Below are positions 61,078 to 64,000 of a DNA stretch of 64,000 nt, one piece after another. Location of the stretch: positions 352,001-416,000 of the forward strand of contig CAWAGQ010000011.1 in assembly GCA_963781585.1 (NCBI GenBank). The letters are read 5' to 3'. Source of the DNA: an uncultured Gemmatimonadaceae bacterium. GTDB lineage: Bacteria > Gemmatimonadota > Gemmatimonadetes > Gemmatimonadales > Gemmatimonadaceae. Numbering within the stretch: the first letter of the stretch is position 1; the number at the start of each line of letters is the position of its first letter. The translations under genes and the position numbers were made by a program. The notes below the pieces were generated by a model. The model saw nothing but the letters and a program-made list of their open reading frames with translations, was not told the DNA's origin and ran no database searches.

Positions 61078-62109
61078 GTGATGCTCCTGCGCCCGCGCCA
61101 ATTCGTGGTCTCGTGCGCGCTCGTGCTGGCGGCGTGCGGCGGACAAACGCCGCCGGCTGCGGATTCGATCGCGGCCAGCGCGGACTCCATCGTCATTGAT
61201 ACAACCGCTGCCGATAGCGCCACCGGCGCGTCCGACAGTGCGACCGCCCGGGTGGTTCGGGCGCGACTGCCGGGACGTCGCGCCCTCTCACCCGTCGCCG
61301 ATTCGATTGCCCAACGGCTGGTCTTCGTGCCGGCCACGCAGACGATCTTCCTGGTAGCCGGGCGCGCCAAGCACATGCTCGTGGACATCGGGCGGGTGGA
61401 CGTGAGCGTCTCCCGGCCGGCTTCCCGGCTGGCGGCCTACAAGGAGGCGGTCGTGGCGGGCTCGCCGATTGCCGTCGGTACGCGACTCCGACTGCGCGGA
61501 CCCTGGGGTGCCGACGACGTGGAGGTGTCGGGCTTCGACGTGTGGAACGGACGGATCGTGGCCACCATCAAGGGCGCCCCACGAGTGGACTCGCTGGCGC
61601 GCAGGATCGATCCGCTGACGGCCGTGGCGGTACGTGCCGACAGCGCCTCACCGCCGGTCGATACGCCGTGCGTGCGGGACAGCGTCGATACGCTCCTGGA
61701 CCGCCGCATTGCCGTGCTGCGCGATTCCGTCCTCCAGTTGCTGCACCAGGGAGACCAGCCGATCTACCCGCGGCTGCTGGCATCGATCAAGGAGCACTCG
61801 TCGCGGGTGGTGGGATGTTTTCCGTCGGCACGCGCGCTGCTGGTGGTGTCGCTGGTGGCAGGCGACTACGAGTGGGTACGGGAACGCGCGTTGCTGGTCG
61901 GGACGGACGGAAAGGTCCGGCAGCTCAGCGTGCGTGACCTGCGCTTCCGCGCCCACGACCTGCTGGGTGCGCTGGATGCCGACGGCGACAGTGTGGACGA
62001 GGTCGCCGCACTCGCGCACACCGAGCGGGCGGGCGGGACGGTGGTCCTGCGCATCGCTGACGACAAGCGGCTGGAGCGCGTGATCGCGGGGTTCAGCTGG
62101 GAGAGGTGA
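61078..62109 (+). CDS. Hypothetical lipoprotein
   Basis: Lipobox LAAC; DADGDSVDE Ca-binding-like motif near C-terminus. Confidence 0.7.
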   Translation: MMLLRPRQFVVSCALVLAACGGQTPPAADSIAASADSIVIDTTAADSATGASDSATARVVRARLPGRRALSPVADSIAQRLVFVPATQTIFLVAGRAKHMLVDIGRVDVSVSRPASRLAAYKEAVVAGSPIAVGTRLRLRGPWGADDVEVSGFDVWNGRIVATIKGAPRVDSLARRIDPLTAVAVRADSASPPVDTPCVRDSVDTLLDRRIAVLRDSVLQLLHQGDQPIYPRLLASIKEHSSRVVGCFPSARALLVVSLVAGDYEWVRERALLVGTDGKVRQLSVRDLRFRAHDLLGALDADGDSVDEVAALAHTERAGGTVVLRIADDKRLERVIAGFSWER

Positions 62110-62303
62110 CAGGGGACTGCTGAACGCCGACAAGATGAGCTGGCAGAACGGAGCGATCGGCGATCGACGGTCAGCGCCCTCGTATGCGAGCTCATCGCTG
62201 CCTGCTGACCTCTGCTCGATTTACTTGACAGCCGCCAGCGGGCAGACCACTTGATATGCCGCGGACTCATTACCGACCATACTGTCGTCAGAGGATGGTT
62301 TTC

Positions 62304-62696
62304 ATGCGCCTACCCGCTCTCGCTTCCATCATTCTCGCAACGTTCTTCGTCGGGGCCTGCGGCGATGACCTCGGCCCCAACATCAGCGGCGTACCCGGCT
62401 ACGCGATCGCGTCGGTGCACGTCGTGCCCGAAATCGACACGATCGTCATCGGTGATGTGATCGACGAGACCGATCAGCTCCAGTTGACGGCCGTGGCGCT
62501 TTCGCGGACGCTCACCGAGATCTCCGGCATGCAGTTCGTGTGGTCATCGTCGGACGAAACGGTGGCGACCGTGGACGGGAGCGGACTGGTCATGCCGGTC
62601 TCTCCCGGCTCCGCCTACATCACGGCGAGCGCGGCGAAGACCGGACGTGCCCTGGTAGTGGTGAAGTACGTCCCGGATGTCATCCCGGTCCCGTAA
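62304..62696 (+). CDS. Lipoprotein with bacterial Ig-like (Big_2) domain
   Basis: VGAC lipobox; WSSSDETVATVDGSGLV..G.A.ITA. Confidence 0.85.
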   Translation: MRLPALASIILATFFVGACGDDLGPNISGVPGYAIASVHVVPEIDTIVIGDVIDETDQLQLTAVALSRTLTEISGMQFVWSSSDETVATVDGSGLVMPVSPGSAYITASAAKTGRALVVVKYVPDVIPVP

Positions 62697-63170
62697 CTAC
62701 TCCAGCGCCGCGAACGAATCGACCGTGAATCCGTAGTTCAGATCGCCCACCGGCGGGATGGACTGTATCGACGCGCTGCGCGGAAACCCCAGCAACTCGT
62801 CGTACGTTGCCTCGACATGGGCCGCGCTGGCGCCGATGGCGGCGCCGATGGCCGAGAAGAGTTCCTCGACCGTGCCCAGGCCGGTACCGAAGTCGGTCGG
62901 AACCGGGTCGCCGGTATCCACGAACGTCCGCGATTCCACGGCGTTGTTCCGCACGTTGATGCGGATTGGCCGGTTGTCGTAGGCGCACGAGCACACCTCG
63001 CGGATGACGAACGTGTAGCTCGCGATCCCCTTCGTTGCCCAGAGGTGTTTCGCTCTGTTCAGCTCCGCCAGAAGGCTGTTGTCCGACCCGGTGGTTGAGC
63101 GGCACGCCGCCGCGATCGCCAGGAACGCGAGCGGCATAAGACCCCGGAACCGTGTTGCACGACGCGACAT
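62697..63170 (-). CDS. DUF6174-like lipoprotein
   Basis: AAAC lipobox; W..GIASYTF..CSC, TVEELF, YDELLGFP. Confidence 0.75.
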   Translation of the reverse strand: MSRRATRFRGLMPLAFLAIAAACRSTTGSDNSLLAELNRAKHLWATKGIASYTFVIREVCSCAYDNRPIRINVRNNAVESRTFVDTGDPVPTDFGTGLGTVEELFSAIGAAIGASAAHVEATYDELLGFPRSASIQSIPPVGDLNYGFTVDSFAALE

Positions 63171-63208
63171 TGTTGCGATCCGCAGTCAACTGAGTGTGCG
63201 ATGCGACT

Positions 63209-63298
63209 GATCCGTTCTATCCGTTCGATCCGTTGTGTCCGCGTGATCCGCTCTATCCGCCAGAATCCGCGTCCCGTGATCCGTTCTATCCGCCAGAT
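63209..63298. repeat. Degenerate 9-mer array (NATCCGTTC) with a 22-bp direct repeat
   Basis: gatccgttc tatccgttc gatccgttg tgtccgcgt gatccgctc tatccgcca; gtgatccgYtctatccgccaga occurs twice. Confidence 0.75.
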
Positions 63299-63432
63299 CG
63301 CAGTTATTACACGCGCCGCGCATCCGTACCCTGAAGCCGGGGATGAGACGATATGCGCCTCGTCCACTGTTTGACCGTCGATCGCTGGCCGCTGGCATTG
63401 ACAGACCGACGCGCGTCCTGCGATTCCTTCGC

Positions 63433-64000
63433 GTGCCCAACCACGCCTGCCGTCCGCGCCTCCTTCTCGCGCTCCTCGGCGCGTTCGTGTCGGCGGGCTG
63501 CTCGCATGCGCATCCCGCCACGGTACCGGCGCCGGTGGCGGGCGTACCGGATGATCGTGAGGCGAACATCCTTCGCGCCAGGCAGCTGATGGTGCCGGTG
63601 GCGGGGATCGCGCCCTCGGAGCTGCGCGACACCTATATGGCCGGGCGCGGATCCGACATCCACGCGGCGCTCGACATCATGGCTCGGCGCAACACGCCGG
63701 TGGTGGCGGCCGACGACGGGACGATCCTTCAGCTCCGGCATAACGACGCCGGAGGCATCACGATCTACGAGCTCGATGCGGGCGAGCAGTTCGTGTACTA
63801 CTATGCGCACCTCGAGCGCTATGCCGACAGCCTGCGGCAGGGGATGGGGGTGCGGCAGGGCGACGTGATCGGCTACGTGGGGACGACCGGGAACGCGCCC
63901 CCCGACCTTCCCCATCTCCACTTTCAACTCATGCGCTATGTCGGGCACGGGCAGTGGTGGGGAGGCGTGCCGCTCAACCCGTTGCCGTTTCTGGTTCGTC
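63433..64000 (+). CDS. M23 family metallopeptidase lipoprotein (runs off window)
   Basis: Translated by hand: SAGC lipobox, HAALD, YYYAHL, IGYVGTTGN, PHLHF. Confidence 0.9.
   Translation, partial: MPNHACRPRLLLALLGAFVSAGCSHAHPATVPAPVAGVPDDREANILRARQLMVPVAGIAPSELRDTYMAGRGSDIHAALDIMARRNTPVVAADDGTILQLRHNDAGGITIYELDAGEQFVYYYAHLERYADSLRQGMGVRQGDVIGYVGTTGNAPPDLPHLHFQLMRYVGHGQWWGGVPLNPLPFLVR

Overview
High-GC (roughly 70% by eye) bacterial DNA. The gene set (Ser/Thr kinase-TolB-TPR fusion, PadR plus duplicated ABC permease, BrxA/B) suggests Gemmatimonadota or Acidobacteriota; this is inference. Three zones. (1) 1-22.5 kb, housekeeping and stress: RidA, esterase, GroES-like, bacilliredoxin, kinase, ABC ATPase, Mo/W ABC permease and ATPase, a MazEF-type TA pair, a complete sufR-sufBCDSU-Rieske operon, PadR/ADOP and a Zn-dehydrogenase; most intergenic gaps hold 7-bp tandem repeats. 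(2) About 22.5-56.6 kb, a surface-modification island: a Tad/Flp pilus operon (two pilins to tadG) inside a dense set of membrane glycosylation genes. These are seven GT87/DUF2029-like paralogues, four other GT-C-like proteins, three polyprenyl-phosphate GT2s, a UbiA-family DPPR-synthase-like enzyme, a methyltransferase and an IS5-interrupted membrane sulfatase-like gene. No flippase, polymerase or NDP-sugar genes are visible. (3) 56.6-64 kb: CocE/NonD hydrolase, ABC-2 permease, an orphan xanthine-dehydrogenase FAD subunit, lipoproteins and an M23 peptidase. Best candidates for novelty are the Tad-linked GT-C glycosylation system and an over-represented non-palindromic octamer CGTTAGGY that genes accommodate through rare codons. 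All calls come from motif recognition by eye; no searches were run.
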